Source of the DNA: Patescibacteria group bacterium
Lineage (GTDB): Bacteria; Patescibacteriota; Minisyncoccia; Minisyncoccales; RBG-13-36-15
Reading direction: 5' to 3'
NCBI GenBank assembly: GCA_022574775.1
Contig: JACZRI010000004.1
Location: 1-59,268, forward strand
Length of the DNA: 59,268 bases
Below are positions 9,638 to 18,389 of the stretch, in pieces (within the stretch, counting starts at the first letter, position 1; every line of letters starts with the position of its first letter). A model generated the notes under the pieces. It did not search any database. It was not told the origin of the DNA and was given only the letters and a program-made list of their open reading frames with translations. The position numbers were made by a program, and so were the translations under genes.

Positions 9638-10294
9638 ATGACCGATATAGAAGAGATTTTAAGGCGTATCGCCGAATGCATGGAGAGAGAAGACCATCAG
9701 GAAGATTGGTTTCGGGCTTTGCTTGCCTTGACTGAGATCGGGGATATTGCGAAGTATATAACTCATGATCCAACGCTGAATCCTGGTGCTCGTCCTCATG
9801 GCATTCCTGCAGAAGAAGAACTTGCGTGGGGTCAAGTTTTCGTTCAAATATTTGCCACTGCGATGCAGCGCAATATAGATATTCACAGGGCACTAGAAGT
9901 TGGTTTAGTCAACTGGGAACAAGCTGATTGGCGCAAACGCCGAACTGAAAATGGAAAAAGAGAAATTGAAGGTGAGATTGCATACAAAGGATTGGCTGAA
10001 GGTAAAGCTTATGTTGTTTCTGAGGAGCATCCGTTTTCCGAACTCGAGCAAGGATGCGTTTTAGTAATAGAATTTTTTACACCGAAAAAGACTTCATATT
10101 TAGTAGCCAAAAAACCAATTGCTATTGTAACAGACCAAGGAGGTACTCTTTCGCATCCTGCGATTATCGCAAGAGAATTTCAAATACCTTGTATCGTTGG
10201 TACTGGAAATGCTACTGACATAATTAAGCACGGCGAGCAGATTATCGTAAATGCAAGCGGTAAAGATAAAGGATTTGTAAGAAAAAACACATAG
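9638..10294 (+). CDS. Fusion of MazG-like NTP pyrophosphohydrolase and PEP-utilising phospho-His swivel domain
   Basis: LTEIGDIAK...EEELAW (MazG-like) plus TDQGGTLSHPAIIAREFQIPCIVGT; SD AAGGAGGT before ATG 9638. Confidence 0.75.
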   Translation: MTDIEEILRRIAECMEREDHQEDWFRALLALTEIGDIAKYITHDPTLNPGARPHGIPAEEELAWGQVFVQIFATAMQRNIDIHRALEVGLVNWEQADWRKRRTENGKREIEGEIAYKGLAEGKAYVVSEEHPFSELEQGCVLVIEFFTPKKTSYLVAKKPIAIVTDQGGTLSHPAIIAREFQIPCIVGTGNATDIIKHGEQIIVNASGKDKGFVRKNT

Positions 10295-10307
10295 TTTATA
10301 AAGCAGT

Positions 10308-10335
10308 AAAAGATTGACAATCGTCAATCTTTTTT
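10308..10335 (+). terminator. Intrinsic terminator
   Basis: AAAAGATTGAC-AATC-GTCAATCTTTTTT. Confidence 0.75.
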
Positions 10336-10396
10336 CTTGCCAAATTCTTTGCTTGTGTTAAATTAAAAGCAGAACCTTTACAAGAAAGGAGGAGAA

Positions 10397-11818
10397 ATGA
10401 AGACTAAAAGAATCGATCTCTTTAACGGACAAAGTTTTATCGAATTAGTTGATTTTGCAGCAATGGGAAATAAAGGAGAACACCTTGGAGATTGGGCCGT
10501 AGTAGATGGAGCAAGGGTTTCTTTCGGAAGAGAATCATCTGAATTTTCCTTTGAGAAAAACAGAGAGTTAGCTGGATACCTTTGGGATGCTTCCGACGCT
10601 TCGCCATTTGACCAGTTTATCATGCAATTCAGGGTCAGAATACCTATTCATATTGCTCTGGAATGGTTCTTATTTCCTCACGCTTCCTATAATGAAATTT
10701 CTGGCAGGTATACAAAAGCAATATCGGAAACTGAGCGTTGTTTTGTTCCGCCAGACTTTTCAGTAGATCTTGCAGAACTTCTCCGTTCAGATTTTGAACA
10801 AGGTCAGCAAATGTACAAAAGGTTTTATAGTCCGCGTAAGTTTGAGGCTGGAGAAAAGCAAGTTGCAAAAGAGTTAGCGCGGGCTGTCCTTCTCTTTACC
10901 TTTTCAACAGAATTTATTTTCACAATAAGCCTGCGAAAACTTGCCCATTTTATGATGTTTTTTGGAGCAAATTCTGTCTTTCAGCCAATTAACGAAGTAT
11001 TTCTGAATTTCATTCAGAACCACGCGCCTATATTCTCAGAAATATTTGAACCTCAATGGAGCGCAGTAACTAAAGAGAAATCTTTAAAGAAAGAAGCATC
11101 TGAAATTCCGTTTGCTGACGATGAAACAGGGATTCTTGATGATGAATTTTCTGCTCTTAAGTTAATGAAAGCTAGAGGGTCAGATGAAGAGCTTGCCCAC
11201 ACCTTACGCTTTTCCCGCGGATGCAGTGGGGGAAATGCAGAGGTAATAAAAAGTGTATTGCGAGGGTGCAAGAAAGATGATTTACCTCCTGAACTTTCTG
11301 AAATCGGACTTAGTTTGGCTATTCGCTGCCCGGTATATATTTTTCGGCAGATGTACCGCCATAAAAGAGCTATGTGGTATGGGCTTCAGATAATTCCTGA
11401 CCATTTCTATATACCTCAGCAATGGAGAGCCCAAACAAAAGGATCGAGATATGTTTTTGAACCATTCGGTGAAAAAGAGAACACCGAATTAACTGAAGTT
11501 TTTAGCGAATATATCGAGGAACGAAGGGACCGTTGCGCAGAACTTTTACTGGATGGAGTATCTATCGAGCAAACTGAGAGATTTACGCCCTACTGCTTTT
11601 ATATTCAGGTTTTGCGTAATTCAGATGGAATAGAGCTTTTTAATTTTCTTAACCTGCGCTGTGATTGGCATGCGCAGCTTGAGCACCAAAGATATGCTCT
11701 CAGAGTTGCTGAAATCTTTGCCGAGCGTTTTCCTCTTACCTTTATCAGCTGGTATGAAGAGTATTGGTCAGGCCAAAACGAAAAAGTTGATGAACTTTAT
11801 CAGCGAACAAAATCGTAG
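10397..11818 (+). CDS. thyX: Tandem-domain FAD-dependent thymidylate synthase (ThyX-like)
   Basis: ARVSF, SPFD, SYNEISGRY, KELARAVL in half 1; RQMYRH, NFLNLR..HAQLE in half 2. Confidence 0.75.
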   Translation: MKTKRIDLFNGQSFIELVDFAAMGNKGEHLGDWAVVDGARVSFGRESSEFSFEKNRELAGYLWDASDASPFDQFIMQFRVRIPIHIALEWFLFPHASYNEISGRYTKAISETERCFVPPDFSVDLAELLRSDFEQGQQMYKRFYSPRKFEAGEKQVAKELARAVLLFTFSTEFIFTISLRKLAHFMMFFGANSVFQPINEVFLNFIQNHAPIFSEIFEPQWSAVTKEKSLKKEASEIPFADDETGILDDEFSALKLMKARGSDEELAHTLRFSRGCSGGNAEVIKSVLRGCKKDDLPPELSEIGLSLAIRCPVYIFRQMYRHKRAMWYGLQIIPDHFYIPQQWRAQTKGSRYVFEPFGEKENTELTEVFSEYIEERRDRCAELLLDGVSIEQTERFTPYCFYIQVLRNSDGIELFNFLNLRCDWHAQLEHQRYALRVAEIFAERFPLTFISWYEEYWSGQNEKVDELYQRTKS

Positions 11819-12068
11819 GTTTGATAAATGTTAATTTAAAAGGTCCTTTTTGGACCTTTTTATTTCTTGAGTCTTTTTATAAAAAATCAAGCCTGACTCA
11901 GGACAATGGTTATAAAGACTTGATTTTTTCTAGGATTTTATTACAATCAATAAATATGAATAAATTTGATATATTAACCGTTTTTATTTTTGTCGGCTTT
12001 ATTGTTTGGTATTTAAGCAATAATGTTGAGATAATACTTCCCTTAAAGGTATTGATAGTTAACTGAAT

Positions 12069-12278
12069 ATGGTAACAACTAGCCTTGTTTCTCCTACTAT
12101 CCAAACTGAGGCTGAAAAAATAGTTCAAGAACAACTCCAGAGGCAATTCCAGGAAATGATTCCGGCCGATTCTATCCCGCAGCTTTTAAATTTATTGAGC
12201 TGGTCAATTTTGACAGGAATTTTCATATTTGGAGGAGCTCAGATTTCAGGTCTAGGAATTAGACTGTTAAAAAAATAA
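12069..12278 (+). CDS. Hypothetical membrane protein, possibly a C-terminal remnant
   Basis: C-terminal TM; upstream 11956-12066 also hydrophobic. Confidence 0.45.
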   Translation: MVTTSLVSPTIQTEAEKIVQEQLQRQFQEMIPADSIPQLLNLLSWSILTGIFIFGGAQISGLGIRLLKK

Positions 12279-12287
12279 TCGTTTTCT

Positions 12288-12503
12288 ATGAAAAAAGACA
12301 TACATCCAAAATATTTTCCGGAAGCTAGGATCATTTGCGCTTGTGGGAATACGTTTACTGTTGGCTCGACAAAAGACTCTATTAAGGTTGAAATTTGTTC
12401 AAAGTGCCACCCTTTTTATACTGGAAAGGAAAAGCTTGTAGATACAATGGGGAGAGTGGAAAAATTCAGAAAGAGATTAGCAAGGAAAGCAAAGCGACAC
12501 TAA
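12288..12503 (+). CDS. rpmE: 50S ribosomal protein L31
   Basis: [29 protein letters not shown]. Confidence 0.98.
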   Translation: MKKDIHPKYFPEARIICACGNTFTVGSTKDSIKVEICSKCHPFYTGKEKLVDTMGRVEKFRKRLARKAKRH

Positions 12504-12580
12504 TCACAGATTGCGTTTGAGTTTACTAATAATTTATTAGTATGCATTCATATGCATTCTTGTGTTGGCATCGCATCGAG

Positions 12581-13696
12581 ATGACAGATCTAGAGGAAAT
12601 TAAAAAGGAATATAAATTAATTATTCCAAAGCTCAGTGATCCTGAGCTAATTTCAAATCGGAAAAAATTTGAAGCCATGACTAAAAGAAAATTTTTTCTG
12701 GAGAATATTATTAAAAAAAATGAAGAAATAAAAAACCTGAAGAGTCAAATTGAAGAAAATAAGGCAATATTAAACGCCAAAGAAGACTCTTTGTTGGTGA
12801 TACTGGCAAAAGAGGATATCTTGCTGCTAAAAACGAAAGAGGAAATTTTAGGGAAGGAATTAGAAAATCTAATAAAAAAGGAGGAAGATACAAATTCAGA
12901 GTTCAAGGCCACTATGGAGAACGTTGCTATATCTTCGCCAAATGCTATGGAGGGCGCAGCAGCAGTAATTGTTGAAATTCGAGCTGGTACAGGAGGAGAA
13001 GAAGCCGCGCTTTTTGCTAGGGATTTATTCAGGATGTATACAAAATATGCCCAAACTCAAGGTTGGAGGCAAAAAACCTTAGATTCAAGAGAGAGTTCTT
13101 TGTCTGGTTTAAAAACAGTTACTTTTGAATTGTCTGATAGTAATGTTTTTTCAAAAATGAAGTATGAAGGCGGAGTACATCGGATCCAAAGAATTCCTAC
13201 GACCGAAAAAAGCGGGAGAATTCATACTTCAACCGCCACCGTTGCTGTTTTACCTAAACCAAAGAAAGCGAAAATTAAAATAAAACCGGAAGAAATAAGA
13301 GTTGACCTTTACCGAGCTTCGGGGCCCGGCGGGCAATATGTAAATAAAAGGGAAACGGCAGTAAGGCTTACCCATTTGCCCTCAAACATTGTAGTTACAT
13401 CTCAAACAGAAAGGAACCAGCTGAAAAACAAAGAAAATGCCCTTGCGATTTTAGAGGCTAAGCTTTTGGAAAAAGCGGAACGGGAGATTGCGGAAAAAGC
13501 CAGCGGGAAGAGACGATCGCAAATTGGCTGGGCAAAGAGGGCAGAAAAAATTAGAACCTATAATTTTCCTCAAGATAGATTGACAGACCACCGAATTAAA
13601 AAATCCTGGAAAAATTTAGATAAGATTTTAGCTGGCAGCTTAGATAGAATAATTAAGACACTTGAACAATCGCTTAACAAGAATCAGGAAGAATAA
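12581..13696 (+). CDS. prfA: Peptide chain release factor 1
   Basis: GTGGEEA, RIPTTE (PxT), [12 protein letters not shown]; follows rpmE. Confidence 0.96.
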   Translation: MTDLEEIKKEYKLIIPKLSDPELISNRKKFEAMTKRKFFLENIIKKNEEIKNLKSQIEENKAILNAKEDSLLVILAKEDILLLKTKEEILGKELENLIKKEEDTNSEFKATMENVAISSPNAMEGAAAVIVEIRAGTGGEEAALFARDLFRMYTKYAQTQGWRQKTLDSRESSLSGLKTVTFELSDSNVFSKMKYEGGVHRIQRIPTTEKSGRIHTSTATVAVLPKPKKAKIKIKPEEIRVDLYRASGPGGQYVNKRETAVRLTHLPSNIVVTSQTERNQLKNKENALAILEAKLLEKAEREIAEKASGKRRSQIGWAKRAEKIRTYNFPQDRLTDHRIKKSWKNLDKILAGSLDRIIKTLEQSLNKNQEE

Positions 13697-13735
13697 GCCC
13701 TACGTTTTAGCAATTAGGTTGTCGAGCGCCTATTT

Positions 13736-15067
13736 TCATTTAAGAGCGTTAATATCTTTTTGATAATTAGCAGCTAAAGCTAAAACAGAGTCTCCGTAAA
13801 ATCTGTATCTTATATTGGTGCTGCCGGAAAAGTAAATCATAGCTGCTTTCCACTCGCTATTTGGATTTTGCGTGGCGGCTCCATAATCTTTTAAGTATAA
13901 TGCCGATGCCAAGAAAGCGTCTCTAATATTCCATGGATCACCTGCTTTTCCGGTTATACGCTCCAATTCGTTTTTGTATATTATCCAAGTAGAAGGGATG
14001 AATTGGGCAGGGCCCATTGCACCTCCCCATCCAAAAGACATTGGACAAGAAACAGGGGTGTTATATGGATCCCTGCCCAAGGCCTGTGTAATTTTTAAAA
14101 AGGGAGTTATATCACGTGAAGGTTTCATTACTCGAGATAATAATTTCCCGCTTTTAATACCTACTCCCTCACCGGTCTTTGGATTTTTTAAATAACATTG
14201 TCCAACATTTCTTCCTATATTTGATTCTTGAGTTAAGATAGCGAGTAAAAGAGCTGGCCTTACTCCGGTAATATTTTCTACGTATTTTGCAATTTCTAAG
14301 GCCTCCCCAAAATTTGGAGCTTTGGGCACACCGATTAATTCAAAGATTCTTGCTCTAATCTCAGCTGCTTTTCTTTGGCTCTTTTGAAGATAATTTTGAT
14401 AGAGAGCCTCTTCGCCTTTGGTTCTTTCTAATAGCTCGTTTTTTATTTCTTTCGTTGTATCAGTATCTCTTTTTTGTAGGATTTGTATCTTGCGAATTCT
14501 TGCAAGATCTTCCTTTTCTGTATCTAAATCCACTTCTTGAGTTTCAAGTTGAGATCTCAGCTGTTTAATATTTTGAAGCAGCTGGAATGAGCTTTCGCTT
14601 AGATTCTCAAGGTAGACTAAATTTTCAAAGAAATCAGAAAGTTTATCTTCGGAGAGCAATATTTCTAAAAGAGTTTTTTCATCTTCTTCGTAGATTATTC
14701 TTAAAATGGCTGAAAGTTGTTCTTTAGAATCCCCGATTTTAAAAGATGTGGTTGTAATAGAATATTTTGTGTCTTGAATCTGAAGAGTTACATCCTGGAT
14801 CATTATACTTGATTCTTGAATCTGGAGGTTTAATTTCTCAATACTACTTCTTAGAATATAAATTTGGTTCTGCAGAGTTTTCTTTTCTTGTCGAGTTTTA
14901 GAAATACCATATTCATATTGTGCAATCTCTTTCTCTAATTTTTTTAACTCAGTTTCCAGTGTTTGCCTTTCTTCCTGAGGAGTTAAGGCAAAGGTAAAAT
15001 TGGGCATAGAGAACACAAAGATCAATAAAATACAGAGAGAAATTTTAATAAGCTTTTGATAAACCAT
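13736..15067 (-). CDS. Exported coiled-coil lytic murein transglycosylase
   Basis: Signal peptide, long coiled coil, QESNIG, GAMGPAQFIPSTW, DPWN. Confidence 0.9.
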   Translation of the reverse strand: MVYQKLIKISLCILLIFVFSMPNFTFALTPQEERQTLETELKKLEKEIAQYEYGISKTRQEKKTLQNQIYILRSSIEKLNLQIQESSIMIQDVTLQIQDTKYSITTTSFKIGDSKEQLSAILRIIYEEDEKTLLEILLSEDKLSDFFENLVYLENLSESSFQLLQNIKQLRSQLETQEVDLDTEKEDLARIRKIQILQKRDTDTTKEIKNELLERTKGEEALYQNYLQKSQRKAAEIRARIFELIGVPKAPNFGEALEIAKYVENITGVRPALLLAILTQESNIGRNVGQCYLKNPKTGEGVGIKSGKLLSRVMKPSRDITPFLKITQALGRDPYNTPVSCPMSFGWGGAMGPAQFIPSTWIIYKNELERITGKAGDPWNIRDAFLASALYLKDYGAATQNPNSEWKAAMIYFSGSTNIRYRFYGDSVLALAANYQKDINALK

Positions 15068-15167
15068 CTTATAATTTGCCGCGCTATGGGTTATAGCAGG
15101 CGGGTATCTTGTAGTTTTTATCTCGGGAATTAAAAATCCCAAACTAGCAGCTATAAACTACTGTTTA

Positions 15168-15854
15168 TTAATCATTTTTTTTAGTTTCTTCTTTTTTTTC
15201 TTCTTTTTCTTCCAGCCCTCGGCTAAGCTCTCTTTCGGCGGCTACCTTCTCTACTTCATCTACTTTTTCTTCGATTGGTTTTTCTAACTCCTCTTCAACT
15301 TTTTCAGGAGGTGAAACGTTAGCCACAATTTCTTTCGGGTCTTTTAAAATTTTTATTCCTTCTGGTAACTTCAAATCTTTAATTAAAATATGGTCTTCAA
15401 AGGTTTTTAACTTAGATATATCAACTTTAATTTCCTTTGGTAAATGTTGAGGTAAGGATTTCACTTCTAGCTCAGAGATATCTTTTACTAATGTTCCACC
15501 CAGTTCTTTTACAGCGAGCGCTATTCCTTCAAAAATTAAAGGAACCTTAACATCAACCTCTTTGCTTAATGGAACTTGGTAAAAATCAACATGGATTATT
15601 TTATCAGAAAGAGGGTCTTGTTGGATATCGTGGATTAGTACTGATGACTTTTCTTTTTTATTCTCAACTTCAAGAGAAATCAGAGAGCTTTCACCGGATT
15701 CTTTATAGATTTTTTCAAATTCTTTATAATCCAATTCTAAAGACAAAGCCTCAATTTTGGGACCATATACCACAGCAGGTAAAAGACCTTTTTCTCTAAG
15801 GGTTTTTGTTTTTTTACCAGAAGTTTTGCGAATTTTGGCAGATAACGTTAACAT
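15168..15854 (-). CDS. rplY: 50S ribosomal protein L25/Ctc
   Basis: PAVVYG, IIHVDF, GGTL; acidic tail; start MLTLSAK. Confidence 0.96.
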   Translation of the reverse strand: MLTLSAKIRKTSGKKTKTLREKGLLPAVVYGPKIEALSLELDYKEFEKIYKESGESSLISLEVENKKEKSSVLIHDIQQDPLSDKIIHVDFYQVPLSKEVDVKVPLIFEGIALAVKELGGTLVKDISELEVKSLPQHLPKEIKVDISKLKTFEDHILIKDLKLPEGIKILKDPKEIVANVSPPEKVEEELEKPIEEKVDEVEKVAAERELSRGLEEKEEKKEETKKND

Positions 15855-15858
15855 ATTT

Positions 15859-16308
15859 TTACCTAATAAGGAATTCGTCTGAATAGAAGAATTTATCCTT
15901 TCTAAAAGTTTGCTGTAGAACACAGCCAATACAAGCAGGAACAGCTATTCGGTGAATGCCTTTCTTCAGGTCCATCTTATGCAATACGAGTTCAAAGAAT
16001 TTACTCTCGCCAGATTTAATACAAGTTTCGTTTATATCTGGATAAGGGCAGAAACCATAATGGTAAGATTTGAGAGATCCATTGTCACTCTCTAGATAAT
16101 AAGGATAGCAGGAAGAAAGGCAAACAGTTTTTGTTGCATCGTTTTTAATTTCTATTTTTGGATTTTCTCCTATCTGATATTCTTTCTTATAAACTGACAG
16201 GGAAAGCTCATTTCTACTTGATATCTGATAACCTTTCCAGGCAAGAAAGGCAAATACTAAAAGAATAAGCAGGGTTACCAAAATAATAAAAATTAAGATT
16301 CTGTTCAT
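15859..16308 (-). CDS. Exported Ig-like hypothetical protein
   Basis: N-terminal TM, Cys-containing beta-rich body ending FYSDEF. Confidence 0.7.
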   Translation of the reverse strand: MNRILIFIILVTLLILLVFAFLAWKGYQISSRNELSLSVYKKEYQIGENPKIEIKNDATKTVCLSSCYPYYLESDNGSLKSYHYGFCPYPDINETCIKSGESKFFELVLHKMDLKKGIHRIAVPACIGCVLQQTFRKDKFFYSDEFLIR

Positions 16309-16432
16309 TTTTTCACTTTGCTGTGGTGAATCTTTTCTTCAATTTTTCTAACATTTCTACTTTAATGTTAGCATAATTTAATTTTCAATAAAAGAGTTTA
16401 TTATCGCTCTTTCGCAGTATTTTTTGGTTCAA

Positions 16433-17386
16433 TTAACGATTTCCAACCAAGACATCTTTCACTTTTTTGGTGATTTCTAAAGCTTCCTTGAATGGACGTT
16501 GCCACATATTACGCCCGAAAATTACCCCATCCACTCCCGCCTTAACGGCAAGATCAACTTTATCTAACATATCTTTGTCTCCCAACTTACTTCCACCAGA
16601 TATCAATACTCCTGTCGATCCAGCATTGATAATAGCCCAGGTAAGTTGTTCTTCAACACTAAGCTCAAGGAGTTCATTATATTTTTTAAATTGTCCTTCC
16701 TCATTATATTTTCCAGCTTCCACGGGTTTGGGAATATTAATCTTACAGATATCAGCTCCTAATTCATGAGCTAATCTGGTGGCATAAGCTACAAAAGCTA
16801 TAGTGTCTTTACCACCTTTTTCGTTAGCAAATTTACCTCGGGGATAAGCCCACATAATAATTGGTAATCCAGCCGTTTCCGCCTTAAGACGAACTCCTAG
16901 GAATTGCAAAACATCCTCATATTGTTTTGGAGAACCAACATAGAGAGTGTAACCTACTGCATCTGCTCCTAATTTTAAAGCGTCTTCAACGGTGCCCGTT
17001 AATGGAGAAATGGCTTCTTCGTCAGAAGGGATATTGGTTTTCCCGTTGATTTTTAAAATCAGTGGTACTGTTCTGCGATATTGTTTTTTTTGCCAATATT
17101 TTTCAGCAAGACCAATATGCATAGCAATTGCAGAATACTTGCCTTCTTTAGCTAACTCAAGTTGGTATTCTGGATTTGAAGCCCACGGAGAATCTAAGAA
17201 GTCTCCGGGTCCATGCTCTATTCCGTGGTCAATGGGAAGAAAGAGAAATTTTTCTTTCATTCTTCCAGCATTAAACATTCGCTGGAGATGATTCCGCTTT
17301 TTGGCGTTTATATGGGGGTTATTAAGAGAAAATTTGTGAATCCGGCCTTTTTTGAGAAATTCTCTGATATTTTCTAACCTAGACAT
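16433..17386 (-). CDS. fbaB: Class I (DhnA-type) fructose-bisphosphate aldolase
   Basis: LPIDHGIEHGP, WAYPRG, LGADICK, SGG, GRNMWQ. Confidence 0.92.
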   Translation of the reverse strand: MSRLENIREFLKKGRIHKFSLNNPHINAKKRNHLQRMFNAGRMKEKFLFLPIDHGIEHGPGDFLDSPWASNPEYQLELAKEGKYSAIAMHIGLAEKYWQKKQYRRTVPLILKINGKTNIPSDEEAISPLTGTVEDALKLGADAVGYTLYVGSPKQYEDVLQFLGVRLKAETAGLPIIMWAYPRGKFANEKGGKDTIAFVAYATRLAHELGADICKINIPKPVEAGKYNEEGQFKKYNELLELSVEEQLTWAIINAGSTGVLISGGSKLGDKDMLDKVDLAVKAGVDGVIFGRNMWQRPFKEALEITKKVKDVLVGNR

Positions 17387-17411
17387 AATATATTTTTTCT
17401 TGAAATAGTAA

Positions 17412-18308
17412 TTATTTTAATGATAATTTTTCTTTAATTTTTAAAACTACCTCTTTTGATCCAATATACACCGGCGTCCTTTGGTCGACCTTAGTAGGTA
17501 TAATATCCAAAATTCGACTTTTGCCATCAATCGCAGCTCCGCCTGCTTTCTCGGCAATAAAAGCCATTGGCCCTACCTCAAAGAGCACCCGAAGTTTACC
17601 ATAAGGTTTATCAGTCAGGGCAGGATAAGTAAAAACTCCACCATAATTCAATATTTGATGAAAGTCAGGAGTAAACGAACCACTGTAACGAAGCTTAAAA
17701 CCATTTTCTTGTAAAGTGCGAATGACATCGCGATGAGCGTCTGTCCATTTATTCTTTAAACCCCCAGGAGAATATATCTTGCCTTCTGGGAGAATTATAC
17801 CTTCTTTCACTAAATCAAAAATACCTTCCTTATTGTAAAGAAATTCAGCTACCTCGTTTTTGCCAGCAAAAACCATTACTGTCAGAGGTCCTAATAAAAT
17901 ATAAAAAGCCTGAGTAATATTTTTAAGCCCACTCATAACTTCCCCGTTCTTGTAAATAGAGATAATGATTCCTACTGTAAGATTGGTAGGGATGAGTGAC
18001 GACCCATCAAGAGGATCCATAGTGACTCCGAAGTGGCCCTTTTTAGAATTTAGATGAATTACTTCGTTTTCTTCTTCACTGGCCACTTGTTTTACTAAAT
18101 TTGAATTTCGGAAAGCTTCAAGTAATATTTCGTTAGCGCGTTTATCGAGTTTAATTTGTTCTTCTCCATAGATATTGTAGGTACCGGCTTTCTCCTCACC
18201 CCCTAAAAACTCATCTTTAATAGGCTGAACCTGGGCAGTAATAACCTGGATTAAATCACGCAGATCCTGCGAATAACCATTTTTTTCTAAATAACTGTCT
18301 AAAGTCAT
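17412..18308 (-). CDS. fbp: Class 1 fructose-1,6-bisphosphatase
   Basis: SEE, DPLDGSS, LRYSG, GKLRVLFE. Confidence 0.95.
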   Translation of the reverse strand: MTLDSYLEKNGYSQDLRDLIQVITAQVQPIKDEFLGGEEKAGTYNIYGEEQIKLDKRANEILLEAFRNSNLVKQVASEEENEVIHLNSKKGHFGVTMDPLDGSSLIPTNLTVGIIISIYKNGEVMSGLKNITQAFYILLGPLTVMVFAGKNEVAEFLYNKEGIFDLVKEGIILPEGKIYSPGGLKNKWTDAHRDVIRTLQENGFKLRYSGSFTPDFHQILNYGGVFTYPALTDKPYGKLRVLFEVGPMAFIAEKAGGAAIDGKSRILDIIPTKVDQRTPVYIGSKEVVLKIKEKLSLK

Positions 18309-18361
18309 AAAATATCGTTAAAAATATTTAAATATTGAAATCTAATATAAATTTAAATCTT

Positions 18362-18380
18362 AACGGGAACAGTTCCCGTT
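18362..18380. repeat. Palindrome CGGGAAC-N-GTTCCCG, copy 1
   Basis: AACGGGAACAGTTCCCGTT. Confidence 0.75.
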
Positions 18381-18389
18381 TTGTTATGT

